Part shown: in pieces, positions 39,473 through 51,093 of the stretch
Layout of the letters: each line of letters opens with the position of its first letter
How positions within the stretch are numbered: the stretch's first letter is position 1
Assembly (NCBI GenBank): GCA_044892525.1
Contig: CM097885.1
Coordinates: 158,968,001-159,032,000 of the forward strand
Direction: 5' to 3'
Source: Schmidtea polychroa
Lineage: Eukaryota
Length of the DNA: 64,000 nt
Notes under the pieces: generated by a model
The model's database searches: none
The model's input: the letters and a program-made list of their open reading frames with translations, nothing else
What the model was told of the DNA's origin: nothing
Made by a program: the position numbers and the translations under genes

Positions 39473-39942
39473 TCAACTCGGCCGGTTGGTGGGGCCGGTT
39501 AGTCCCGTCGTAGACGTTTGCGACGAACCCGCTTGCCTTTCGTATTCAGCCAGTCTGGCCTTCTTTAATTTTTCACGGATGTTTCGCCCAAGCCGTTTTC
39601 TTTTGGGCTTATTTTCAGCGGCTGGGGGATATATGGTTGCGAGTTCAACGGCCAGTGGCCTTATTTGTCTTGCTGCGGATTCCTGCACAAACTGCTCATT
39701 TCGTTCGGTTTCGAGCACCCGCACCTGCACCTTCAGGGCGCGAATCTCCATTTGGTCCTGAGCGGCCTGTGTCTGCAGCTGGAGGATCTGGGCGGTTTTC
39801 TTCTTCATGGCTTCGGGACTAAACCAGGTCCCTTCGAACTCTCGACATTTTCCCTTCAACTTGTCCACCCGGACCCGGAGTTCGTCAGCACGTTGTTGGG
39901 CCTGCTCCCGATCCTTCCGGAGATTTTCCATTAACTTGTACA
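39473..39942 (-). CDS. Coiled-coil protein of unknown family (ORF2 of copy A)
   Basis: Open GC-rich frame after a TTTTAG acceptor; KCREFEGTWFSPEAMKK motif shared with the 44860 and 52044 copies; basic C-terminus KPKRKRLGR. Confidence 0.7.
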
Positions 39943-40166
39943 CTAAAACACAACAGTTGTCAGTTTCCTTCATATCGAATAAAATGAAAATGTAAATTAT
40001 TAATTAACATTAGCAATTCCCGGTTACGACCTTATTGCACTTATTCAATTTACTATATGAATTCTAAGACTCCAAAAAAGAAATTTCCTTTATTTAAATA
40101 ATACACATTAGAAGATAGCGGTGCTATAGATATAATGACTAAAATAAGTTATTTATAGTCTAATAA

Positions 40167-40532
40167 TCACGCTTGGCGTTTGCGGGGCCTTCCTCTTTTT
40201 CTCGGGGGTACCGTGGCCTCCTCCAATTCTTCCAGGGGCACTCCCTCCCTTTCTGCCCGGATTTGCATCTCTATCTTCTTAAGCCGGATCTGAGCGGCTT
40301 TCACATCCCAGGCCGCTTGATCTCGGGCCTCCTGTAACCGGTTATTCTCCGGCTCCACCTTCACCCATACCGGGGCATCTACTTCGGGGCCCGTCCGGAT
40401 TACTCGATCTGCGCAATCCAGGTCCCGTCCCTGACCCCACCGATGTATATGGTACCAGATGTACCGGGTCCGGAGTCGGGTGATCGTCTGCTGGTCAGTA
40501 CCCTCGTCACTGCTAGAGCTGGATTGAGACAT
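40167..40532 (-). CDS. AT-hook protein of unknown family (ORF1 of copy A), 121 aa
   Basis: ATG at 40532 two nt after a TTACAG acceptor; ITRLRTRYIWYHIHRW motif; C-terminal PRKRGRPRK AT-hook; homologous to 51094-51558. Confidence 0.75.
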   Translation of the reverse strand: MSQSSSSSDEGTDQQTITRLRTRYIWYHIHRWGQGRDLDCADRVIRTGPEVDAPVWVKVEPENNRLQEARDQAAWDVKAAQIRLKKIEMQIRAEREGVPLEELEEATVPPRKRGRPRKRQA

Positions 40533-41792
40533 GTCTGTAACATAAACATTAAGACCCATACATAACCACTGTGACTTATAAATAGACGTCACAACAAAAC
40601 ATACAGAAATTTCTTGTTTAAAATCAATAATACTTAACTACTAAATTTATTATAATTAATATAAATACTTCTAACATACCCAAATTTTATTTAATATATT
40701 AATATACTTTTTAATTAAGTAAATTAAGGAAAAATTTACTAAAGTTAAGTGTTAACGTTAAAAAATTCGTACCCGAACCGAAAATCTCCAAAAATGGTTT
40801 TGTTTAAAATTATTATTTTAATCATTCGGCATTTATTTACCACTGGTTGGTAATTTGGATTTTATAAGTTAAAATTTTTGAATTTTTTAGGTAATTTTTA
40901 GGTAAAAGTGAATATCTCCACTAAATGCGGTTACGCCAGGCGAAGGGTACTAGTGGTGAGCTCAGTCTCTTGCTCACTTACTCTTCCCCTGGTTGTATTC
41001 GTTATAAGTGGTAAAATCATCATTTATCCGTTTGTGGTAATCTATTTCTTGATCTTATATACCTAATTTAGGGACAATTTGATGATTATTTTCCCCAGCT
41101 GGAGCTATCGAGGTTCAGTTTCAGCAGTTCGTCCTATGACTCTTGATCAGGAAATCATGGCTTGTATTCATAAAGATTGTGTGAGTTGATTGATTGAAAG
41201 GGAAAAATTAATATTGAATCTTTTTTTAGTTGCAATTGACGACTTGTAGCCTTGCACGAACATTGATTAACTTGTTTGTATTCTGTGCGCTTTCAATATT
41301 CTATTGTCGTTTCAATATGAGATTTTTATTTGTCTAAATTTATTGCAATTGTCAAATTTTATTAGTCAGTTATTATTGTAAACAAATTTATTCGAACAAA
41401 GTAGTAATATTTAATGAATTTATAAATGTGAGCAACCGTTAAACATGATAAATATACTAAAGTCGATGAATGAAAATACTATTACCATAATATCTGCATG
41501 TAATTTGCTTTTATATGAAGAAACCCAAATATTTGGTTGGTTTGTAATGTGGTTCTAATTTAGAAATTTTTCATCTAAGTCATTTGGTATTAATGAACAT
41601 GAAGCAGTTATGGTTAATATGCTTTTGCCTACTTTAATTGAATTTATAAAGAAGTTGTATGTTTGTTTTTCGTTCGGGATTTAAGGGTCAGATTGCATAG
41701 TTGCTCATACGTCCTCACCCATATCCCCCGGTGACTTGAATAATGGTAAGGGGGGGTGTTGCTAAAAATAGTCTTCAGAATTCTGATCCCTC

Positions 41793-41803
41793 TGATTGGC
41801 TCG
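41793..41803 (-). promoter_or_regulatory. CCAAT box (CGAGCCAATCA) in copy A
   Basis: Identical 11-mer at 49836-49846 in copy B; both lie ~1.25 kb upstream of the ORF1 ATG. Confidence 0.55.
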
Positions 41804-42399
41804 GAGGGTCGTTTCTAAATTTAATTTCTTGGGGAAATCCTAAAATCAATATCAGATTGGGATATTAACTTTGACAAGTAATAATAATTGTTAATAATAA
41901 TAATATATAATCAGTGTAGTATTTATACATTTACTAATATATTCCACCATGACTAAGTGTATATGTATATATATATCTACAATTAAATTATATATATTAA
42001 GAACAATATTAGTAAAAATAATAGTCAAGTCATATATAACTGATCATTAATAGTAATAATAGCAACAATAGAGATAANNNNNNNNNNNNNNNNNNNNNNN
42101 NNNNNNNNNNNNNNNNNNNNNNNNNNNNNNNNNNNNNNNNNNNNNNNNNNNNNNNNNNNNNNNNNNNNNNNNNNNNNNNNNNNNNNNNNNNNNNNNNNNN
42201 NNNNNNNNNNGATAATAAGAATAATGGTAATAATGATGGTAATATTAGCATTAACAGCAATAATATTAGGGTTAATATAATTTTACATGGTACAATTCGA
42301 AGCTTATATTTCTTATTTTAAAGATTTCTATTCTATGATTTAGAAAGTTACTTTTGGTAATTTATAAATTTCTGTTTCTAATTTAAATTTTATATTTTT

Positions 42400-42665
42400 C
42401 AATTTACACATTTATACGTTATAATTTCTAATTGTATATATTATAGTGTATAACTTAATAATTTATGATTTTATACTTTATATTTTATAATTTTATATTT
42501 TATAATTTATAATTTTATGTTTTACGATTCAGTGGTTTAGATTTTATAATTTATAGTTATATATTTCGTAGTTCATAATTTTATATTTAATAATTCACGA
42601 TTTTTAGGTTTTATACTTTAGGATTTTATATTTCATAATTTATGATTTTATAATTTATACTTTAT
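42400..42665. repeat. Degenerate (ATAATTTTATATTT)-like low-complexity tandem array inside copy A
   Basis: Repeated TTTTATA units. Confidence 0.7.
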
Positions 42666-44372
42666 GAATTTCTAGTCAGCTTTACATGACTTTTTATAAG
42701 TTACTTTTGTGGGATCATCATAGTTTTCTAAAAGGTTTTCAAGTTTGTCGGTAGCTATTCCCAGACTCTATTCCCGAAGTTCCACGTTTATGTATAATTA
42801 ATAAAGAAACATTTCCGATACCCAAAATCTATAGCTCCTAATCGGGATTTTCCATTAATGACTTACATCAATATAATTAGCTCTAAGATCTTACAACTAT
42901 TTATACAATTATAGCTAAATATTTATACATTAATGAATGTTTAAAGTGGGAATTGGATTTAAAATCCTTACATTTACTTTGAATCAGCATAGCTAGATTA
43001 AGTTGTACCTGCACGTATGCCGAATATCTTTCTTATCTCTATTACTTTATCAAAATTTTCTATTACAAAATTTAGTTCGGCATATGTCCAAGTATAATTG
43101 AAATTACTGTGATGAATCAACTAGCTACATTAATGTGAGTGCAGAATTGTGTAATTTTAGGTACGAGCTCTGCTCAAATTAGAACCTTAGTGTAGAGTTA
43201 TTATTCAGGATTTTAAGTTTTGATTTTAAATATGTGTTGCATAGAAGGTCGGGAAGAATATTGCTTCCATGGCCCCACTGTGACCACTTCCACAAACCTT
43301 AGTGTTGAGTGTTGAGTCAACCATTTACGATCGACCTTACATAAATACAAAGAGTCAGGCGTAGGGTTTCCTCGACCTAACTCCATGGCAGGACCATGAA
43401 GTAGTTCGACCTCCGGCTGACCCGAACAAAAAGGGTTTTTATAGATAATAATAATGCATGTGTGAATGAGAAGTAGAATTTAAGAATTATATGCAGGACC
43501 GATCAGAGACGTACTCGGACGCCGCTGATCCGTCGAGAATTACTAGAACATAAAATCTTAATAATATTCTTAATGAACAAAAGATTGATATTAATATAAT
43601 TACGTAGCATAAAATTACATCAAATCAAAAGGCTTACTAATAATTTTCCAGAAAATTCTTCAGCAAAATATTGGCATAAAGATTGATTGTGACTGAAACG
43701 TGTCAGTATATATACATATTTAGTACACGTGTATGTATCGATGCATTAAAACAAACTCGAATTCTTTTTATTCCAGAATTTTCTATTTTGCGATTTTGAT
43801 ATTTTTAATGGCAATTTTTGTGCCATAATTTTTGTTTTTATTTTTATATTTTTATTTTTTAATTATTTTTCGTTAAATTGACGTCCATGATGGATTTGAA
43901 ACGGTTCCAGAACATTCTATTTTACTTTTAATTTAATTTTTATTCTAACGGGTGTTTTTATGAATTTCTTTTTAAGATTTTTTATTTTTATTACTAATTT
44001 ATTTATTTTTTCCTAAATTTTATTGTTTAAGGTAGCTTTTATGATGGTCATCACCATTTTTATGGAATGTTCTGGGTTTTTCTGGAATTTTTTACTGTTT
44101 TTACCATCTTTTAAGTTATTCGAGTTTGTTTTTTGTAACTCTATGTTTATTTGGTTATTTTTGAGTTAGATTTTGCATAACTTCTTGCTTTTGTATAATT
44201 TTATTTAATTTCTGTGTTTATTTTTTTTGTTACTTTCTCCTTTAATTACCATTGTTTATTTGGTGTAGTTTTGATATATTTAGTTATACTTCTTGCTTTT
44301 TGCATGCTGTGTACTTACACATTTCAGTCGCAATTAGATATTTTGGGTCTAGAAGTCAGTTCTAGCCCAACA

Positions 44373-44700
44373 ATACTGTCTGTTAAATCGAATACAGTGT
44401 TTTAATTTGTGGAGTATGTCCATTCCTAAGACACAAAAGCATTTACATTCTCTAACTACTTTAAAAACATGTTCCACCACTTGATCTGAGAAGTGGACTG
44501 TTAATTATATATCGCCTTTTAACGGTATAAAATGGTATGATAGTGAGATTACTCTATCTTTCGTACTTAATATATTTCTCTTTTTATATTCCGTTAATTG
44601 GTCTTCCCTAATCATATAAGCTGCTGCACCAGTATCGTGGTGATAGGTCTAACCTCATCGTCCAACATATCTTTTATTTATCATGCCGGTCCATTCATTA
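44373..44700 (-). pseudogene. Ty3/gypsy aspartic protease (upstream part of the element split by copy A)
   Basis: DTGA active-site codons at 44625-44636 and CVLGMDIL at ~44418-44435; across the ATAC TSD it continues as DLTDSIVKRKTVY*NAKFSEVIPLEAFELK into 37496 and below. Confidence 0.8.
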
Positions 44701-44859
44701 TTTTTTTTCTTTGTTCTGAATATTTACCCTATTATTATCCTTCCCTACTATATAATATCCCATTTCCTAATACTTATACCACCGGTGCTTCGAGTTAATT
44801 TAAATAAAAATAATTGGCAACATATATATATATATATATAATGAAAAAGTTTCGCCAGG

Positions 44860-45251
44860 ATGTGGCTCGTAAAGGCCGAGTCTCTGGTGCAGAAATGCAG
44901 AAGGCTTGAAGCAACATGGTTCCGACTAGAGCATGTCCACAAATTACAAAAGAGAATCGAACCCGTTGAAAAGTCTCAGGTCGAAGATCAGGGAATCATC
45001 TCAAGATCACAATCCTATAGCACACACAAAAAACTATTGAGCTTCGTGCTGAGATACATACAGATGCAGGAGTGGGTCGAGTGCCGTCCTACTTAGAAAC
45101 CGAATTGTTTCCGACTGTCACGCCTTTCCTTTCCATGATTTCAACGGCGGCTCCAGTCATCAAGAAACCATGCAAATCCAAGCCCGGAAAGTTCGAGAGG
45201 AAAAAGATTCGAGAATTGAAGAGAGATCAGAAGGGCAAGCAGAAGAAATAA
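44860..45251 (+). pseudogene. Third, frameshifted copy of the ORF2 coiled-coil gene (copy C fragment)
   Basis: VQKCRRLEATWFRLE...KSQVEDQGII, then in another frame VTPFLSMISTAAPVIKKPCKSKPGK*; preceded by (TA)n. Confidence 0.65.
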
Positions 45252-48200
45252 TGACACTAACCTAAATATCTATGATGAATGTATTTTTGTTTAATCGCTT
45301 GCTCTTTATTATAATTAAGTATTTAATATTGATATTCTGTTTGATTTTTATTACTTTGATTAAACTTAAACAAATAATTAAATTTGGAAAATTTCTTCAC
45401 TAAGTCATATTAAATTCGATAATAAATCAACTTAAAATTAAGTAAAATTGAGGTAGCCCGTTTTCATCTGAGGCCAAAATAAAATTATAGTCCTGGAAAT
45501 ATTTGGATATCGACGATAAATTTGATTTAGTATTAAACTGTATATAAAAGTGTCAAACTTATAACTATGTGATATGAACCACTACAATATAATATATTAG
45601 CGAAATCACGGATAATTTGACAGAAGGATAACTGACAACCTAACACTTTCGAATTCTTGAAATCTCGTTTTGCTTGAAAGTTTTAATATAGGAGTCCATG
45701 GTAGATGGTATTCACTAAAGAATAGGATAAATCACAAAACGATGAACAGGAATGTAGTGTGGTGTTAATTTATTGATTGTAACTTTTTAATTGTAATTAC
45801 GTTTTGTTGCCTGCAGTGTTTTTTTGAAGATTTACAGGATTTTGAATCCCCAATCAAAAAAACTATATAGCAATAATTTACCATAGTAAATTATCACTAA
45901 AGGATTATTGAAAAATAAATAAAAACTATTTAAAATTAATAAACGATAAACCTGATGAATAAACGATTATAAGAGAAGCCAGACCATAGACGAAATTAGA
46001 TTAGAACAAAGAAATTCATCCATAGGTATTAACATTAAGTAAAATCAGAAGAACATTAAAAATTAAACAGTTCTAGAAGAAAATTTTATTTTAGACCCAA
46101 AATTTCCCCGACTATCATAGGTTGAATAATATCTATATCTATTCTAAAACTATTAGAACTGAAAAACAGAAATAGATTTGCTGTGCTTTTTGAAACAAAA
46201 CACTTCAGTTATTACAGGAACAACTGTACCTCTACCAATCCTGATAAAACAAAGAAACTTCGTCATCTATCGTATTTTAGAGAAATATCAGAAAACTATT
46301 GTAAACCGAACTCTAGAGAAATCTGATCTAGAAGTTTTAAACAACCATTATTGTAAGAAGATCGAAACTAATACATATCTTGACAAATTAAAAGTATTCG
46401 ATTGAAAGTCTAATCTCATCTAGAAGAAAAACTGCAGGTCATACAATATTTTTATACAGTTGTTGGGCTAGAACTGATTTCTAGACCCAAAACTCTAAAT
46501 TGTGACTGAGGTGCGTTGGTACATAGCACGCAAATAGCAAGAAGTTCAGTTAAATATAAAAATACATCAAATAAACAATATTAGTTAAAAGGAAAAACAA
46601 CAAAAATATAAACACAGAAATTAAATAAAATGGTACAAATGCAAGAAGTAGTGCAAGAAACTAACTCAAATATAACAAAGAAACATAAAAATTACAAAAA
46701 ACAGACTCGAATAGCTTCGAAGATGGTAAAACATTAAAAATTCTAGGAAAATTCCAGAACAGTTCATAAGAATGGTGACAGCCATCATAAAAGCCACACA
46801 GAGCAATAAAAGTTATCAAAAATAAATAAATTAGTCGTAAAAATAAAAATTTGAAAAAGAAAATCAAGAAAAACATCATAAAAATAAAAAATTAATTTTA
46901 AATTTATATGGAATGTTCTGGAATTGTTCCAAATCCATCATGGAGGTAAATTTAGCAAAAAATAATTGGAAAATAAAAACTTAAAAATAAAACTAAAAAT
47001 TATGGCATAAAAATTGCCATTAAAAATATCAAAAATAGAAAATTCTAGAATTAAAAGAATTCGGGTTTGTTTTAATGCATCAATACATACACGTGTACTT
47101 GCACACACAAAAATAGGTATCTATACCAACGCATTTTAGTCATAAAAACATTCTTTATGCCAAAAAAACCTCTTGACAATATTTGGAACAACCACGAATA
47201 GTAAGGGATTTTTTGATTGTTTTATTGTTATAATTGTATTATTATAAATTTATATGATTATCCTCATGTTATTATTAATATTACCATGACTGAGTTTAAC
47301 TTTCGATTTTTTTGTTTTATTTATGCTAAACAAGAGTGATCAACGTCGTCGTAGACGTATTTAGCTCGAGACATTGACCAGCCTTGTTGCCAACTTAAAA
47401 TCCTTTTCATGCACAAAAGAATGGGTCTACGACCCCAAATACACTAAAATTAAAGTTTTCATAGCCAGAGGTCGCCACGAACTAATGGTGTTCAACCAGG
47501 AGTAGGGCGAGTAAAATCCATCTTGGTAGTTGGCATACTCACAGGGACTATGCGGACGAATTAAATTTTGGGATATTAATCATGGGTACATATCACACGT
47601 ATTCAGTGTAATCGGGAAAATACGTAAATTTTAATTAATTTGACCTTGTCATAATTTACATATGTAATCTGTACACTCAACTTCATTATAGAGAACACCA
47701 CATTAGCGAAATCTAAACGGGAAATATCCCATACTCAATATTATACAAAGACACTCAGTTAATTGCACGAAATTGCTCAAATGTTTAATATGCTTAATAT
47801 CGAACATTATTAATATACTCTAATTGATATTATTTATAATTATGGTTAATCAAAAATTTAATAATTAAAAACCCGAATTTAGACCAAGTTCAATAAACCC
47901 AAGATATTGTGTAATTATCCAGTTTACGATACCTTAATTTTGATAAATTTAATACCCTTGTAAATGCTGTTAACCGAACCTTACATAAGGTCATAAAAAA
48001 TTAATTGGAAACATAGTATGGTAGGTCCATCATTTTATATTTTCCTTATATGGCCTCCTATAATTCATATTTAGAGAATCCTAGCCAGAATTTAATAGCT
48101 CAAAGGCTCTTCGAATAAATTATAATTCTAATATACTATTTCAGAAAACTATATTTTGGTTCAAAAACCCAAAATCCCCATCGAAGTAACCGACCCTTTC

Positions 48201-49330
48201 CTTACATGGTGTAGTGAAAATTAATATGAGAAGGCTAATAGTGTAACGACCTAAAATTAATTTGTAATGGACCACCTATCATTATATAGTATTGTAAAAA
48301 TCAAATGTCTAGAAAACCTAATTGTTATCCAAAAGCATGATGCACATAGAAATAGCCCGGAATAGATTATCCTTTCTCTCCTTTAGGATCATAACCACTA
48401 GCTAAAATTATAATCGGCAGCTTAATGTCGCCAGAACTACCTCATACGTTTTTTATACTCACCCCTCCAGGACTATGTCATTTAACTAATACCCAAACGT
48501 ACACGATCTTTATTTTTCACATTAGCATGTAGATTTTTGCACTTGGTAAAATATAATCCTTATTTCGTGTCTATTTGATTAATTATAAAATAATTCTTAA
48601 ATTATTTCGTCAAAACTTTTATGTTTATTGTCATACATATTATATACAGGTTATATAAAAACTTTTAAAACATTCAAAGTCCAACCGTAATTTCTCTACA
48701 ATTATGATGATGTTATGTATACATTTTGATTATATTATCTTTGTAATATAAATTTTAGAAAATCTTTCAAAACTGACCCTTTGAACCATATAATCATTAA
48801 TGGTTGCCCCAAAGTTCAAGTTAATTTATAAATTCGTTTATATTTCGTTTAAAAATTAAATTGAACAAATTTTTATAACAGAAACATGATAATCTAGTTT
48901 ATCTCCAGGCAAAAACCCTTATATTTCACTGGAAAAAATATAATTTCTCATTTTTCATAATCGACCCCCCCCCCAACTTGCATGTAGGTAGTAATCGTAA
49001 GGCTTTTGCGTTAATGTTAATATCATTATTTAATAATATTTACATCTTATTATGAACAATTAATATAATCCAATTTATTCGATAGAAATGGAATTTAAGA
49101 ATAATACGAATAACTTGATTAATTTTCTCCTTATTTTTAACCCTTAATTGACCTAGCACCCCTCCTTACCCTACTGATTCATCATATAATTTAACTGACC
49201 TGATTCGTCGATTCCCGAAATGTTGCAACGCGGTTTTTTTTCACTTTTCACAATTTAATACTATTTAGATTTTATTAGGAATGATTAGTATATTAAAATT
49301 GATCGAATAAAATGGACTTGAATTCTACTG

Positions 49331-49539
49331 CCGTAGAGTGCCGAATAGTATACCTCCCCAAATAGTGTACTAGTGGTATACTATTTTTAAAAAAGTGCTA
49401 AATATTAAAGTGCTAAATAGTGTACCATGGTATAATAAACCAAATAGTGTATCTGGTATAATATTTGGATTTCAAAGTAAATCAAAATTTTGGCGTTTTC
49501 CATATAGTGTACCATGGTATTAAAATCGGCACTCTACGG
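49331..49539. mobile_element. pogo/Tc1-type MITE nested in copy B
   Basis: 14-bp TIR CCGTAGAGTGCCGA/TCGGCACTCTACGG, TA on the right (TG on the left), internal TAGTGTACCATGGTAT repeats. Confidence 0.65.
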
Positions 49540-49835
49540 TACTAATGACGCGATTAATTTCTCCTTTCGTCACCCATACCTATATAATACGATATAACAC
49601 TCCATCTTAACCCCTAAATTAAGTATATAATTTACACAAACCAATTTATCGATTTTGCCCAAACGTTACTATTAATAGAAAAGTTCAAAACCGACATTAT
49701 CGATTTTCTTTTCCTTATTGTAAAATTTAGCCAATAGAACCGCTTCTATTAATAGAAGCAACCCTGCAAAATAAGGGGTGCCCTCATCAAACTTACCCTA
49801 GCTGACCAAGTGGACGATGCATGCGCTCTCGTAAA

Positions 49836-50005
49836 CGAGCCAATCACCACCGACCAAGGCAGCAGGAACCCCAATCTTCGTATAAACCAATGACACCCTG
49901 GCAAATTTAACCCCTGTTACCCCAGAAGTAGATCCCATGCATGTCAAAAAGGGCGAGGGACCTTTTTCCCAGGATCGACTGCTTAAACTAATATATATAA
50001 CCCCT
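49836..50005 (+). promoter_or_regulatory. CCAAT boxes and TATA-like site in copy B
   Basis: CGAGCCAATCA at 49836, further CCAAT motifs nearby, ATATATATAA at ~49992. Confidence 0.5.
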
Positions 50006-51093
50006 TATAACCATAGACGAGGAATAATGAGGAACAACGTATGTTACAATTATAATCGTTAATTACTTAAATTCAAATGAAAAATTAACAAAATTACTTA
50101 ATAACTATTGCTTTACGATAAAACGAACTATCTAATTAAATTCAACAAGAGCGAAAAATATATTCAACAAAAATTATAAAACTTATTTAAGAAATCATTT
50201 CAGTCACTGTAAAGTCTTACCGATGATGTAGAAAAGCGAATGAAAAGAGGGCCTCTCTAAATTCCCCTCGGATTCAAATTTTTATCCTGAATTCCCACTG
50301 CACGTATAAGCATGGGCACGAAAATTGGGATGACCAAAAATTGGGTCACAAATGAATCACAAGTTGGGTGAGTCGGCATATTTTGGACTATCATTAGGCA
50401 ACGGACGTTTCGAAAAATTATCCAAATAAACTTCACGCTTAAACTGGAGGTTGTGAAGATTGAATTTCTAAAAATTAAACGAATGGAAAATTTAAAAATT
50501 TTTTTGTTACTTGTCACATTAAGATGATGGTAGAGCCACCTATAACCCCTAAAGGTAGGCATTGCTAGGGACCGAATATAATTCGCGGCACGGAACAATA
50601 TCCCTCCCGTAGTGGATCCTAGCAGCATGGTTTTTTTAATAATGTTTTAAATAATTCTTTTTAAATAAGGTTCATGCATTAAAGCAACAAATTAAATTTT
50701 TGAATAAGTTAAACAAGAGTCATTTAAATATGCGATCTTAAGTTTATATTACAAAATTAAAATTTTTCCATTCCTACTTTATCCACTCTTAATTCGTTAA
50801 GCCTAAATTTATTTATCCTGAATTTAAATACACGAACTTTAACTTAGTAATTGGTAACTTATAAATCTTGAATTTAGTAATTCTCAAACTAATTTAAGCT
50901 AAATCAAAAATCAAATATGGAAATTAATTAGCAACTTAAATCCACTTTAACTACGAAAAAATCATTGTCGATTGGATGAAATGCGTACCATGTTTGAATT
51001 TAAAATGTAATTGTGTATTTAAACGTCCTGGGGTAACCGAACGTAGATGGATGAACAAAGATTCGTTTTAATATCTCTCTTATCATCACAGGC

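Larger units (their letters stand above)
37497..44372 (-). mobile_element. Copy A: ~5.3-kb (excluding the nested hAT) TG...CA solo-LTR-like unit carrying two genes
   Basis: Minus-strand termini TGTTGGG...CCCACCA; 4-bp TSD ATAC at 37493-37496 and 44373-44376; flanks rejoin into gypsy protease-linker; both ends have homologous copies (46461+, 63128+). Strand given by its ORFs; true LTR polarity unresolved. Confidence 0.8.

Noticed and set aside
45950-46020. CTGATGA...CGAAA hammerhead-like core (CTGATGA also at ~15.4, 18.8, 57.4 and 58.3 kb)
   Set aside because: Stem II and flanking helices cannot be formed
46178-46460. Possible integrase tail plus PPT making copy B a 3' LTR
   Set aside because: No recognisable integrase motif and no purine tract next to 46461
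50257-50628. 123-aa antisense ORF in copy B
   Set aside because: The homologous frame in copy A has stops; the similarity is explained by the conserved sense-strand leader block
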